A stretch of 64,000 nt of DNA from the human T2T-CHM13v2.0 reference genome, Homo sapiens: the NCBI RefSeq assembly GCF_009914755.1, contig NC_060928.1. One strand, given 5' to 3'. Position numbers and translations under genes: made by a program. The notes below the pieces were generated by a model. The model did no database searches. It was not told the DNA's origin and saw only the letters and a program-made list of their open reading frames with translations. This document shows, one piece after another, positions 27,435 through 42,184 of this stretch. Position 1 is the first letter of the stretch; every line of letters starts with the position of its first letter.

Positions 27435-29560
27435 TTTTTTAAGTTGACAAAAATTGTATATATTTATGGTGTGCAATATGTTTTGATGTATGTATATATT
27501 GTGGAATGGCTAAATCAAGCTTCACACACTTTTTTGTGGTTAGAACACAAGATTAATTCTCATAGCAATTTTCTGGTGTACAATATATGTACTAACCACT
27601 GTTACCATGATATACAATAGACCTCTTGAATTTATACTTTGTCTTACTGAAACTTTGTATCCTTTAGCCAAATCTCCCCAATTCCCCATTCTCCAGCCTT
27701 TGATAACCACCATTCTACTCTCAGCTTCTATGTTTAGATTCCACATACACATGAGATCATGTAGTATTAGTCTTTCAGTGCCTGGCTTACTTCACTTAAC
27801 ATAACGTTGTATAGGGTCACCCATGTTGTCATAATTGACAGATTTTCTTTTCTTAAGGCTGAATAATATTGTATTGTATATATATAGCACATTTGTTTTA
27901 TCGATTCACCTATTGATGGACACTTAGGTTGTTTTCATATGTTGGCTATTGTGAGCAATGCTTCAATGAACATGGGAGTGCAGATATCTCAACACACTGA
28001 TTTCTTTTCCTTTGGATACATACCCAGTAGTAGGATTGGTGGATCATATGGAAGTTCTATTTTTAGTTTTTGAGGAACTTCCACACTGTTTTCCATAATG
28101 ATTGTACTAACTACATTCCCACCAACAGTAAAAAAGAGTTCCCTTTTCTTTACATCCTTGCCCACATTTGTTATCTTTAGTCTTTTTCATAATAGCCATG
28201 CTAACAGGTTGTGAGGTGGTATCTCATTGTGATTTTAATTTACATTTCTCTGACAATTAGTAATATTGAACATTTCTTTCATAAGTCTGTTGGCCATGAT
28301 GTCTTGTTAAGTCCTGTGCCCATTTTAAAATCAGGTTATTTGTTTTCTCGCTATTGAGTTGTTTGAATTCCTTTTATATTTTGGATACTAACCCTTATCA
28401 GATGTTTGGTTTGAAAGTGTTTTCTACCATTCCATAGGTCTTTACTCTGTTGGTTGTTTCCTTTACTGTGTATACTTTTTAGTTTGATGTAATCCAATTA
28501 GTCTATTTTTTCTTTTTTGTTGCCTGTGCTTTTGGGATCATATCCAAAAAATTATAGCCCAGACCAATGCCATGGAGCTTTTCCCTTCCGTTTTCTTCTA
28601 GCAGTTTTACAGCTTCAGGTCTTATGTTTAAGTTTTTAATCTATTTTGAGTTGATTTTTATATAGTGAGATGAGTGTCTAATTTTATTCTTCTGCATTTG
28701 AATATATGGTTTTGCGAACAACATTTGTTGAAGACACTGTACATTCCCCACCGTGTTTGTTGAAAATCAATTGACTGTAAATGAGTGGATTCATTCCTGG
28801 ATGCTCCATTGTGGCTCCATTGGTTTATGTGTTTTGATTTTTTGTAACTTTTAAAAATGAGAGTATTTTCTTGATTTTTTTCAGGACAGTTTATTATCAG
28901 TATATGGAAACATTACTTATTTTCGTACGCTGATTTTGTACTCTGCAACTTTACTGAATTTATGTATTCTAACAATTTTTGGTGGAGTCCTTAAGATTTT
29001 CTATATACAATATCTTGTTATCTATAAACAGATAATTTAAAGTTTTCCCCCCACTTTGGATGTTTTTATTTCTCCCTTTTGCCTAATTGCTCAGACATGG
29101 ACTTCCAGTACTCGGTTGAACAGCAGTGGTAAGAGTGAGCAACCTTTCCTTGTTCCTGCTCTTAGAGTAAAAGCTTTCAACTAGTCTCTATTGAGTGTGA
29201 TGTTAGCTGTGGGTTTGTTATATATGGCCTTTATTGTGTTGAGGTACATTTCTTCTCTGCCTAATTTGTTGAGGGTTTTTATCATGAAAGGATGTTGAAT
29301 TTTGACATCTATTGAGATGATCATATGATATTTGTCCTTTATTCTGTTAATGTGGTGTATCATATTCATTGTTTTGCACATAATGAACCATCCTTGCATC
29401 CCAGAGACAAATTCCAATTGATTTTGGTAAATTATCCTTTTCACGTGTTGTTGAATTTGTTGCTAGAATTTTGCTGAGTACTTGTGTGACCATGTTCATT
29501 GGGGATATTGTCCTATGATTTACTTCTCTTGTATTATCCTTGTCTTTTTTCCAAAATTTT
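27435..29560 (-). mobile_element. L1MA-type element, 3' end plus internally deleted ORF2
   Basis: Minus-strand RT peptide GMQGWF...[18 protein letters not shown]...[11 protein letters not shown] (29181-29444); antisense L1MA 3'UTR from 27440. Confidence 0.92.
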
Positions 29561-30258
29561 TGATGAATTTTTTTATGAATGCTTTCCTTAATTTTTAACC
29601 TAAGAAATATTTTAAACATAGAGACATTATGCATGTTTTAAATTATGTAATTCTAAAGTGCTGTTTTTAGTAGGACAATTGCCTTGTTGACGTGTTCAGT
29701 ACAAAATATTCCCTTACATTTTATTTCATTATGTAAGAGGCTGATTAAGGAGATTAATATACCAGATATGTGAAGAAATCTGTGGTTAAAAGCTAAAACA
29801 TTTGACTTCAAAATGTAAGAACATAATCGATATGAGTGTGAATTTGTATTTTCTTCCAAATCTGTAAATGGTTAAATTAAGTATCTCACTAACAACTGTC
29901 AATAAAAATGGAGGTTTAATTTTAGAGAGATAGAACAGATTAGCATCAGTGAATAATCATGACAGGAGAGTAACCTAAGGGCAAAGTCAAACAGATACAT
30001 TGTAAATAAAGCTATAGAGAAGAACAGATAAGCCTCCTGATGTGTTAAATGATAGAAAAATTGAGTTGTCTGCATTACTGCCCCCACAAGAAACAAATAA
30101 ATCAGCCAATCCTTTGTAGACAATGTTATCTTACCCTCTTCCACTTCATGATCTGAAGCATCCTGTCGTTTGAGGGAATGGGAGAATCCCTTAGGCTGTA
30201 GACTAATGCTATTTTCCTTCTGCTAAAAGTAGTTTTGAGTCTTTACATGGTATTCTGG

Positions 30259-30567
30259 TTTTTTGTTTTTTGGTTTTTGTTTTTTTGAGACGGAGTCTCA
30301 CTCTGTTGCCCTTGGCTGGAGTGTAGTGGTGCGATCTTGGCTCTGCAACCTCTGCTCTCCGGGTTCAAGCAATTCTCCTGCCTCAGCCTCTCTAGTAGCT
30401 GCGATTACAGGTGAGCGCTATCACACCCAGACAATTTTTGTATTTTTAGTAGAGACGAGGTTTCGCCATGTTGGCCAGGCTGGTCTCAAACTCCTGACCT
30501 CAAGTTATCCCCCTGCCTCGGCCTCCCGAAGTGATGGGATTACAGGCATGAGCTACTGCGCCAGGCC
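30259..30567 (-). mobile_element. AluS
   Basis: Antisense Alu; TSD at(g/a)gtattctg at 30247-30257 and 30568-30578. Confidence 0.95.
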
Positions 30568-30849
30568 ATAGTATTCTGTTGAAGTAATATTTTCAAATGT
30601 ACAACATAAGAATATACCTTGTTGTTTCATCCACAGAGAAAAATTATTCAGTTTCCAGAGATAAGATATTAGTAGTTTAACTTTACCTACATATTTCCTC
30701 CCAGTTTGGAGAAATCTGATTGGTTAAAGGAAAAACATCAAATTAAATGAGTTGTCTATTTACATATCTATATTTGTTAAGGAATTTAGCAGCATATAGA
30801 GTACTCTTGGCATTATGCGTGTGTTTATTTGTGCGGGGTGTATTTTAAA

Positions 30850-31150
30850 AGACGAACAAGACCAAGTCTTTGTTCTCAAAAGTCACAATTTAATAAAGAC
30901 AGATTAGAAAATACATTTTTATTTTTAACTTTACCAAATAAATATAATATGCCTTGCATGTAATTAGTGCCATTATTGAGACACAAGCAAAGTGCTGGAG
31001 GATCTATCAAAGCAAGCTACACCCGCATGACTTATGAGTATCAGAAGCAGCCTCTAAGTGGTGCGATACTTGAGTTTATCCTTAAGTGATAGGTGGAATC
31101 TCAAGACATAAATGACAAGAAAGAAAATATGTTCTAAAAAAATGAATAAC
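30850..31150 (-). mobile_element. L2 fragment
   Basis: gaacaagaccaagtctttgttctcaaaagtcacaattta; acttgagtttatccttaagtgataggtgg. Confidence 0.5.
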
Positions 31151-31804
31151 ATGATTAAAAGTTTAAATATAAAAAAAAAGCATGCTCAGGTAGAGAGGAA
31201 GTTTTTTTGTTTTTGTTTTTGTTTTTTGCTGTGGTGTAATGTAGAAGGATGATATATATGGATAGATAGAAGATTGGCCAAGTCCTCTGAGGGGCAAATG
31301 AGAACTGGTGTTCAATTATGAATTGGGCACTATTTTGATATGAGTATGCTATATTTAATCTCAAACTAATGTAGGATGTGTCTGAGTTCAGAGAAGTATA
31401 AAAGAAGAAGAGGATTTATTAAAATAGACTTGAATTCCTCTGAATAGGGAGGAGTCATACAGAAAAGAAATTTATAGATGCAAGAAGCATTTTCAAGTTA
31501 AATTTATAGAATTTAATAAAATACTACCTAAGTGGATGTCATATAAAAAGAAAATGAAAGATAAAGGTGACCTCAAAGTTCCTAATCAAAGAAGCCAGCG
31601 ACATAAGTGGAGGAAGAAAGAGGAGGACTTGTTGGTTTATAAGATGATTTTATCAATCTACTTGGTAATTAGTGGCTGACTCTATTTCAGACACTGATTC
31701 TATATCTTGGAATGCTATAAGTTAAAAAGAAAAATTTTAAATGCACAAGATTTGGTTTAGATCACATGAAGTTTTAATTGTTTCTCCTGTCAATATATAC
31801 ACAT

Positions 31805-32300
31805 ATATTAAATATTTCCATTAAAAGACAAAGATTGTCAGAAAATATTAAGAAAACCATAATTAGAAGAAATAATGCTTTAATATAATTATAAAGAAAT
31901 ACTGAAAATTAAAAGATAGAAAGTTCACCTTGCAAATACTAACCAAAGAAAGCTGGTCTATCTTATATCAGACATATTAGATTGTAAGGCAAGATGCGTT
32001 ACCAACTTTAACAGTAACATTTCATAATGATAAGAGACAACTCACCCAAAACATGTAACAATTCTAAATTTGTGTGATGCAAGTAATGTAGCCTCAGAAT
32101 AAATAAAGCAAAAACTTATGAAACTAAAAAGAAAAATATATATTTCTAAACTCAGTGAAAAATTTAAACATATCTCTATCAATTATTGATAGCACATGTA
32201 GAAAAGATATCAATTAGAATATAGAAGATCTAATACCATGCTTAACAAGTTTGTTTTGATATATATGTAAAACTTTGTACTCAACTACTACAGGAAAAAA
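31805..32300 (+). mobile_element. Ancient L1M ORF2 endonuclease-region fragment
   Basis: ccattaaaagacaaagattgtcaga; caaatactaaccaaaagaaagctgg; catttcataatgataa; taaagcaaaaactt. Confidence 0.75.
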
Positions 32301-32713
32301 ATAATCATTCAGTAGAGCAATCTCCTCTCCCAATTTGTATAAAGCCAGATACATTTGGGAAATGAATATTTTGAGCTTAGGGTTATTTTCTTGATCTCTT
32401 GTTTTTATTTTTTGAGTTCATAACAAACAAGTATTTAGAAAAGAAAATACGTTGTCTTAAGAAATCATAGATTTAAAACGTAAATATTTTATCAAAAATA
32501 ACATTTGTTTTCTTGAGGGCATGTTTACATAAACATTCTTTCATTAAATGTTGGCTTTCTGATTCTTCTGACTCTAGATCAGACTTATATCTCAATATAA
32601 CAGATTATTTCACCTATCTTTTTAAAACTTTGGTAACTTTCAGAAATAAATTTATAAGATCAATAATCATCTCAATTTCTATTTATTCAATAACGCTAAA
32701 GAATTTTCTACAT

Positions 32714-32926
32714 CAGGGGTCAGCAGACCACAAGAAGCAACTTGTTTTTGTAAATAAAGTTTTATTAGGGCACCTCTACACCTCTTTATCTACGTATTGT
32801 CTACAGTGGCTTTTACATTTCCATAGGAGTTATGAGTAGCTGTGACCAAGAACATATGGCATATAAACCTGAAACATTTACTCTCTGGCCCTTTAAGAAA
32901 AAAGCTTTGCCAATTTCTGATCCCTG
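32714..32926 (+). mobile_element. MER58A (hAT-Charlie)
   Basis: caggggtcagca...tgtttttgtaaataaagttttatt...tctggccctttaagaaaaa...ccctg termini. Confidence 0.85.
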
Positions 32927-34320
32927 ATCTATGTGTTTTAACAAGCAGAAGTTAATTTTCAGAAATTTAAGACATATGGCTCTTTTAGTTATAACATTTA
33001 TTTTTCTTTAAAGATTCACAGAAAGGTCAGTTGTTGCAATGTTCTGATTGTTAAATTATGAACCCTTTGTATTAGAAATTACTGTATATAAATACTTAAT
33101 ATTTGGGATTTTTAACTGGTAACTTTAATAAATGAGAACTTATCTTGCAAATATTGTAATACTTATGGGAAAATGTGTAGATGTATAGAGTTAATGCATC
33201 CTTCTCCACATATTGGAGATCATATTTGGTTAGGAGCATTTTTTGGAGTCTGATTTAAATATTCAATTGACTCTAAGGACCACCACACAATGAACTGAAT
33301 AAACAACATTTCAAAGCAGAAAGAAAGACCCTATCGTTCATAACTGTCTTCCCCATTCCTTAGCATATGGTTTTTTTAAAACAATTTCATTAAAGGAACA
33401 ATGAATGCATCCCAAACTCACTTCACCATGAATTCATTATTAAAAAAAAAAAAAGGACAGGGAAATGAAATCACGTCTGTAGACTTCTGGAAGCAATCAT
33501 GCTGTATGAGTCAGACTGAGGGTCAGTACTTCTTTGCCAGAATACCATAGGATCATGCTATTGAAAATCTAACCAACATATAAAGTCGTAAAGAGAAAGA
33601 AAAATAAATGAAAATTCACATTATTGCAGATTGTATAGTTTGATGCTATGTGAATGGTCTTCATTTATGGCTAGGAATTGCAAGACTGCTGTGAAAAGTG
33701 GCAATTATACCTTGAAAATAAAAGACTGCAGTAATATCAGGACAGATATTAAAACAATAATGTGATTTAAAGGGTGCTTTTTAGTACTTATAGCTTCCCA
33801 ACATCTGTCCTTCAAGGTGGGGAAATATACATTATTTTTTAAATTTAATCATACCTATCTATATATATTTTGTACTCCATGCATCTTGTAATGATTGGAA
33901 AAAAAAACTGTCCCGGAGACATCTCTTTTAATGTCACTATGCATTTTGTTAGTTTGTTTAACCATCAGACAAACACTAACCAAAATAGAGTAGATCTGGA
34001 AGATATGCTTTTGAATTCACACTTGAGGATATAGGTATATTTATGGATCTAAGGATATCTTTTTATTCTATTGTTTATTTTTGTAGTGGTGACAGTATAT
34101 CCTTGTTGTATATGTATGTGTATTTATACATACTTATAAATAAATATAATAGGTATAAAATTTAATCAAAGTGTCAAGCATTCTTGGGACACTATTTTTT
34201 AACTTAACTGAGAAAAAACAGTGACAAGTTAAGAAAATATTGACAATTTAGTATCTCATGTGAATATTAAGTTGCAGCTTTCTATATTCTCGTTTATGTA
34301 AACAAAGAAAAACAATATAT

Positions 34321-34692
<372 letters not shown>

Positions 34693-35387
34693 TTACCACA
34701 AACATGCACATATTTACACACTACTACACAACTCGAGGCCATTCTGGCATTATATAATCATGGTCAGTAATGAATGTTTGCACAAGTCTTTTGAAAATTC
34801 CATATAACTAATTTGATATTGTTCATTAAATTTAAGAATGACTTAAAAATACATTAAAATTTTTTCTTTTCATAGTGAAACAATTACTATTATCTTTCAG
34901 GCCATGTAATTACTTTATTTCAGAATTGTAAACAAAAAGAAACAAACTAAAATAAGAGGCCTGATTTTAGCAATATGCCATTTTATCTTTGTAAAGTCCG
35001 CCATACAATTGTTAATTGTGTAGCCTCCATGTTTCTTTACCAGAAAGACAACTGATTACATGACAACATTTTGCTGATATATTAATGATACCATTAACAA
35101 TTTATTGCAAAATTTCTTCAGTCTTTAGAAAGTTAACATGTGCATGCAATATAATATCAAAGAATTGTGACGCTCATTCCATTATATCTTTATCAACGAA
35201 AACAGAAGTTAATAATTATTCTTTAGTGTTTTTATGAATAATAGAGTAAGTATAAAAACATCAACTACATACATTTTTAACAAAGAATTTTTCATTTCCA
35301 TTATTTAACATTTACTCTTTAATTAATTTTTAATAGGATATAAATAATGTTGACAGGTGGTTATTGATGGAACTGATTAAAAAGCTT

Positions 35388-35515
35388 CATTCATTCATCT
35401 ATTTTTTCAAATTCAAATTTGCATTGTTTTTGGAATGAGTTTCAAATAGTCTGCCAAATTCTCATGATACAGAAATGAATGAAACATGGTCCCCGCCTTA
35501 GCAGTCTGGTAGACA
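35388..35515 (-). mobile_element. L2 3' fragment
   Basis: ttcattcattcat...gatacagaaatgaatgaaacatggtccccgcct. Confidence 0.55.
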
Positions 35516-38500
35516 ATGTTGATTTGCAAACATCCAACATTTTACATTCAGTGTAAAATAAAAGTGTATCCAGAGATCCAAATCTCATAAAAATATTTTT
35601 CCTCATGCATTTGTCTCACTTTTCTACATTTGTAAATGTAATGTATTTCTTAATAAATTTGTTCTTCAGAATTAGAGTTTTTGTCTTCCTGTTCTTCATG
35701 ATTGTTTTCTTTGGCAACATCTCCAAGTAAGTGCATTCTTACATCCATTGCATTGCTTATGCCTAAAACTAGACAGACTAAATGAAGTGCTAAGTGTGTT
35801 AGACAAATTATTTATGCTAAAAGTTATTTTTGCAAGTGAACTGACCTGGAAATTGTGGATTTTGCCTTTTTATTTTTCTAGTATAGAATATCCAATTTTA
35901 GATATTTTAAGAAATAACTTTTAAAGCTTTGCATTTAACTGTTAAAGAAGTATGTCAATACATAATTTAAAACTTGAACTAATATTTGCTATATCTTCAT
36001 GTTTCTTGTCTGCCAGAGTTTAGTGCTAAGAGAACTAGATTTGTACTAGGAGCCCAGAGCACTTTTTATCTGGTTAGTATGAAAGCTTTTTAATTTTCAA
36101 TAGGTATTGTTTCTTAAAGCATCGATTTTTTAAAAACAAGAAAAAAAACAACTGAAATAACTGTTAATGTGGAAATCATTTTGTTTTAGGAGCAAATGTG
36201 AAAAATGATGCAATCTGCAGACAATAAAACTCTAGTTGTTTTGAGGTCAAAATAATCAGTATTATTTTTCTCTTGAGCAACACAGGAAGTAAAGAGACAT
36301 TTTCATTAATGCCATCTGGCTCACAGATGTCATTTACTGTGAATTTTAGAAATATATGAAAACCTTATGGCTAATCTGTTTTGTAACACATTCATTTTTA
36401 TGGCAGGATAAAAGGCCTAGTAGATATTATAGACATATTTAAAGAGGCTATATTTACATATTTATTAAAGCTAAAATATTATGTTACTAAATGATAATTT
36501 TTCCAAGTAATCATTCCTATCTAAAATGGCATTCAATAATATTTGTTCACCAAACCAAAGGATGACTTATGAATAAAATCCTTTTAAATTTGATTTTGTT
36601 GCTAAAGGATATGTGGTTATACACAGTGCATATATTAGGAAAACCCCTTATTCATTTAGTAATGCTCTTGATATGTTTTGGCTTATGGTTCAGTTCTTTT
36701 TAAATTTTGCTACATTCTTTGTTTCCACTTAAATTTGGCTTCTATGAAAACATTAAGAAATACTTTTTGTTTACCTCTTAGAAGGTATATACAATATGAC
36801 ACCTTTGGAGGTTTAATGTTAGAAATGCAGAAGCAGACCTTTAAAATGGAGTCCCCATTTTGCCAGTCATAAAGCAAAATCTGAGAGACACACACATCTA
36901 GGTATTTTTCATCCATATCTAGCTTGCTCACAATGACTTTCTCATGCATTACAAACAATCTGGCTCTTAATATAGTGTTTAAATGAACTTTAATGTGGCA
37001 CATGACAGTCTTCTGATATAGTCAGTTATCAGTTCAGAGGTCGAATTACTGAATCTTACTCCCTACTATTCTTCCCACAGGGACATAAATTCTTAACCGT
37101 ATCTAGAGTTCCTGCAATATAATGTCATATTCCCTTCTGCCATTTCACTGAGAGAAAGGTTATAAGTTCAGAAAATACTAGCTGAACCAAACAGTTTATG
37201 ATTTCACCTATAAACATTAGGGATACAAACATTTTCTCAACATCATGTGAACCACTGCCTGTCGTTTTGGGTCAGGTGTCTGTGTTCATGTGATAACACT
37301 CAGGTTCCATGAACACACATTACTGTGATTGCAGATTTCCCTTTAAACCAAAAACAACATTACATTTAATTATGACCTCACTGAAGCTTAGTTAGATGTA
37401 TAATCAGTAAAAACGGAAGTAGAAAGGAAAGAGTTAGACAAGGTGAATGCATGATTTTAAAAAATGCCTGTATTTGCTCATGCTGTATTTTTACAATATA
37501 TGAAAATCTGGCATTCTGGTTTCATAAATACATTCTACATTCTTTTCATTTTTCAGCCAGGTAATATATTTCCTAGAAAAGGTGTATATTGATAAAATTG
37601 CATCTGGAATTTCATCATTAGGTTTAGGCTGGAATAATTTAAATATGTTATTGTAAAACTAAATGTCAAGTTGATTGAGCCAGGATAACACAATAGCTTC
37701 TCTGAGCATGTTGGTGCACACCTTAGGCAACTGGCAGTCTCTTGACACAGATACGAACATGTCTTATAGAAAACATTGGTGGAAAGTAAGTGAACACAAT
37801 AATAGCCAAATATATCCAACTTACCTACCAAATCCATTCATCTGAGACTTAGATGAGCTTCAAAAGTCACAAACCAGATTTAAAGCTGTTCACCATACTG
37901 TTTATTCTATGAGACACTCCAACCGTTAACAATGTAAATGACTGCAATACTCAATACAATTTTCTAACACAATTACTTGGGTCACAGGTGTGACAATTTT
38001 TGAGCTATTGAAACTAACATGTTTGAGCTTCTGAAACAAACAGCTCTACAGTCAACTTAAAATCAATAACAGTATTTGATTTTTGTCATATTTGTTGCCT
38101 TCTAGAATTCTGATAGGTAGCATAATTCTGTAGTATTGATCAATATGCTATGCTGTGTGTCAATATGAAAAATACAAATGCCAATTTCAGTTACTTGGAA
38201 ACAGTTTAGGAGAACTCATGGAAGGATTTCATCTATTTTTAACATTCCTGACCATAGGGGTTAGCAAATTTACCCTTTATAATCATTTATCTTGGCCAAA
38301 GTCAAGAATTCATTTACTATCCAAGTGAAATCACCCATGTTAGAAGAATGTCTAAAGGTTTTCTTTTGTTGTTGTTCATTTTCCAGTTTCTTTACTAATA
38401 TGGGTACATTTATAATGGGAAATACTTTGAATAAAATATAATTTTATTCTTCAAAATGCGGACTTGAAGCAGCTGCTTTTCACAGTGTACATCTGCATAG

Positions 38501-40444
38501 TGTTATGGAATGAAGGTTTTTAAAATGAGTGCTTCAAAATACCACATTTATTTTCTTCCTTGCAGCTCAAATCCTCTCCCCGCCTGGTGTGTGTGTTCAG
38601 CTGGTTCTCCAAGCCTTGGTCACAGTCTCACTGACCTTGGTTGCCTGGTTACAAAATCCTCTTTGTGATTTGTGAGATGCTTGTCTTGATGGAGAGCAAA
38701 GGATTTTTTTTTCTACAGTAAACTTAAGGGAGTTTCTATTTCAGAGTAGAACATATTAAAACCAGTGTATCTTGCCAATTTATAATTTGCTCTTCATAGG
38801 GAATAAAATTATGAACTGGATTTTTTCCTATCCAAATTATATTTAATATTATTGCCAACATTTACTTCCTGATTCTAGAGAATAAGCATCTCAAACAGCT
38901 AGAGGGCTGCAGTCTAAGCTCCTTAAAAAATGAGGCAACTTTATAAAACATAAAGTATAAATATAATAATATGTTATGAAAATTGTATGTTCTTGTGAAG
39001 ACAAATGTTTACATGAATCATTTGCAATCCACTTAATTTTCTCATTCTTTCTATAAATGAACTTGAGAGAAACTATATTTTTAATATTTTTGATGCTGGA
39101 AAAAATAGTCTGTGATATGCATTTTATTTTGTCATTATCCAAGTGCATTTCTCTTTCTAAAGTTCCATATCCCTATGATAGTGTCAAAATATATTGCTTG
39201 TCAGATACATATTTACTTAACTTTTACATCCAATTTTCTTAATTGTTTCTTTTTCCAAGAAAATAAGATCCACTCATGTGTATACACGCTTAAGGTGTGA
39301 TTTTTGTGAGCTTATGCAAACGCAATAAAATAATAACATTTGTTTGTTGAAAGTGTATGGGTGCCTAATTCTGGAGATTACCTTTAATAGGAGGCAATGG
39401 GCAAACTAAATGTAAGTGGTGTGGTCAAGTCACAAAATAACAAGCCCATTGTATCAGAGATCCAGTTTGCTACTTGGACACTTGAGCATATAGTCCCTCT
39501 GAAGTTAGTATAATTGGTTCCAGCTGTTTAACTGTTGGGTTTTTTTTGTTTTTTTTTTTTGTTTTTTTTTTTTAGTTTTGAACAGGAGCCAACTTGGCTT
39601 GAAAGCTGTGCTACCAAAAAGAAGAGACTGAAGAATGATGCCAATGTATATATATGTATTTCTTTCAAGCCATTTTCCTGCAGCAGTTCATCTCAGGGCC
39701 ACGATAATTCAAACACAATGATAGTGATAAAAGAGAAATGGGTTGTTTGACTGCTAAGAGGCAGCTGGCCTGATTAAAGCCAATATGAGTGAGAAAAAAG
39801 CTTTTCATTTTTAAACTTTTTCTTTGTGAAAGAATAATTTCCCTTCAATGATGTGGTAAATGATTTATTTTCATCCTCTAAGTACTTTATGTAACACAAT
39901 TTTCTATAAGAGTTATTAGTAACTAAGGCAACACAGGGCCCTGGGTCTCCAAATTTAAGCTTCTTCATAATTTTTTTTCATTAATGTATTGAGTAAAACA
40001 TATCTTTTGCAAGAATTCAAATATCAGATAATATTTTTCCTCTTTTCAAAATCATAGCAACATAAAGCATTATATAACTGAGACATAGCTCCAATATTAT
40101 CTAAGAGGTGTATCCAAAGTCACACAACTAGTTAATGTCAAACATGGATTAAAGTCTTTTTATTTCTCGTTAATGAAAATCCTACTCAATGACATACTAG
40201 CCTTATGACCTACCTTGCCAAAAGTAATTTTTAACAGATAGTACTTTAAATAAACTGTAAAATTCCAAGCTAGTTAGTAAAAGTATATTAAAGTGTTAAA
40301 TTTTTTTAAGGTATAAAGGTAAGATTTTCATTTTATAAAACGGGACAATTAAATGTGCTAAAAGTATTAGAAAGTATGCAGAAAGTATTAAAAGGAGTAA
40401 TTTGGCAACAAGGTAGTCAAAAGGATAGTAACATTAAAAATATA

Positions 40445-41040
<596 letters not shown>

Positions 41041-41217
41041 AAACAACCAGGAGACCATGGCAAGAATGACAGCGCCTCCCAGAAAGTCACATTCAGAAGA
41101 CAAAGAAATCAGTGATAGAAAAATTTTGCAGAAAGAAAAGTCAGGGCTTATGCAGAATTTCATAAAATGAATGACAGGTATTGCATTAAAAGAAAGTCCA
41201 TATTTTGGATAATGAAA

Positions 41218-41300
41218 CATTTATTTATTCAGAAAATACTTATTGAGCACCTGCTACCTGCCAAGCAGTCTTCTATGCACGGTGTTTAAGAGAAGAATAG
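41218..41300 (-). mobile_element. L2 3' end
   Basis: ttattcagaaaatacttattgagcacctgctacctgccaagca. Confidence 0.65.
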
Positions 41301-41956
41301 TATGTCACCGATAGAAAGGGATAATATTATAGCTACATCTTTCTTTTTCACTAACTGTATTTGTTTGAATGACTTTTTCACATTTCTTATGTCTCCAGCA
41401 GAACCTGGAAAGGAATAATCATCTGATATATAAAATAATAAATAGAAGGGCCCTGTATTTTAGCACAATATTTTACAGATAAGTAACTTGACACCCCAAA
41501 GAAAAAAAATGAATTGCTCTAGATCTTTAAAATGAATTGTTCCCCTCTCCTCTCCCCAAATCTCCTAGAAGTACCTTCTACTTTCTCCATTTCTGAGGAT
41601 CTTACCTCCACTCTACTTATTCCGAATGAACCCTGAGTCAACATGTGAATTACAGGCAGAGAAAAACAGTTACACATCCTTTCTAACCCACTCCCATGAA
41701 CTAATTAACTGAGTGCCCTTACCAAAAGGTCCTTTAAATTGAGAATAAATTGGTTTGACAAAGAAAGAATTACTGGCATTCACTTGTGTATCCCAACTCG
41801 ATTTCTCCTCCACTTATATAAAACAGAAAATTCTTATGGCTAGGTAAGGGTGGGCTGATACTGGCCACATGAGGCTTTTCTTAGACCATAGTTTTATCAG
41901 TAGCTGGGACCCCAAATTCAGCTATTTGTCAACAGAGAGAAAACAATGGCTCTGCT

Positions 41957-42184
41957 CAGAATTACTCAGCCTTGGCACTGTTGACATTGGAAGCCAGATA
42001 ATTCTTTGTTATGAGGGACTATTTTCTATGCTGCAGGATGTTTAACAGCATCTCCATCCTCTCCTCACTAGATGCCAGTAGAATGTACCCCCACACTCTG
42101 AAGTCGTGACAACCAAAAATGTCTCCAGGCATTTCTAATGTCCCCTGGGGGAAGGCCAAAATCACCCCCAGTTGAAAATCACTA
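41957..42184 (+). mobile_element. MER20 (hAT-Charlie)
   Basis: ttggcactgttgacatt...ccagataattctttgtt...gtgacaaccaaaaatgtctccag...cccccagttgaaaatcact. Confidence 0.9.

Noticed and set aside
37281-37317. 10-bp inverted repeat tgtgttcatg/catgaacaca
   Set aside because: Too short for a pre-miRNA; compatible with chance
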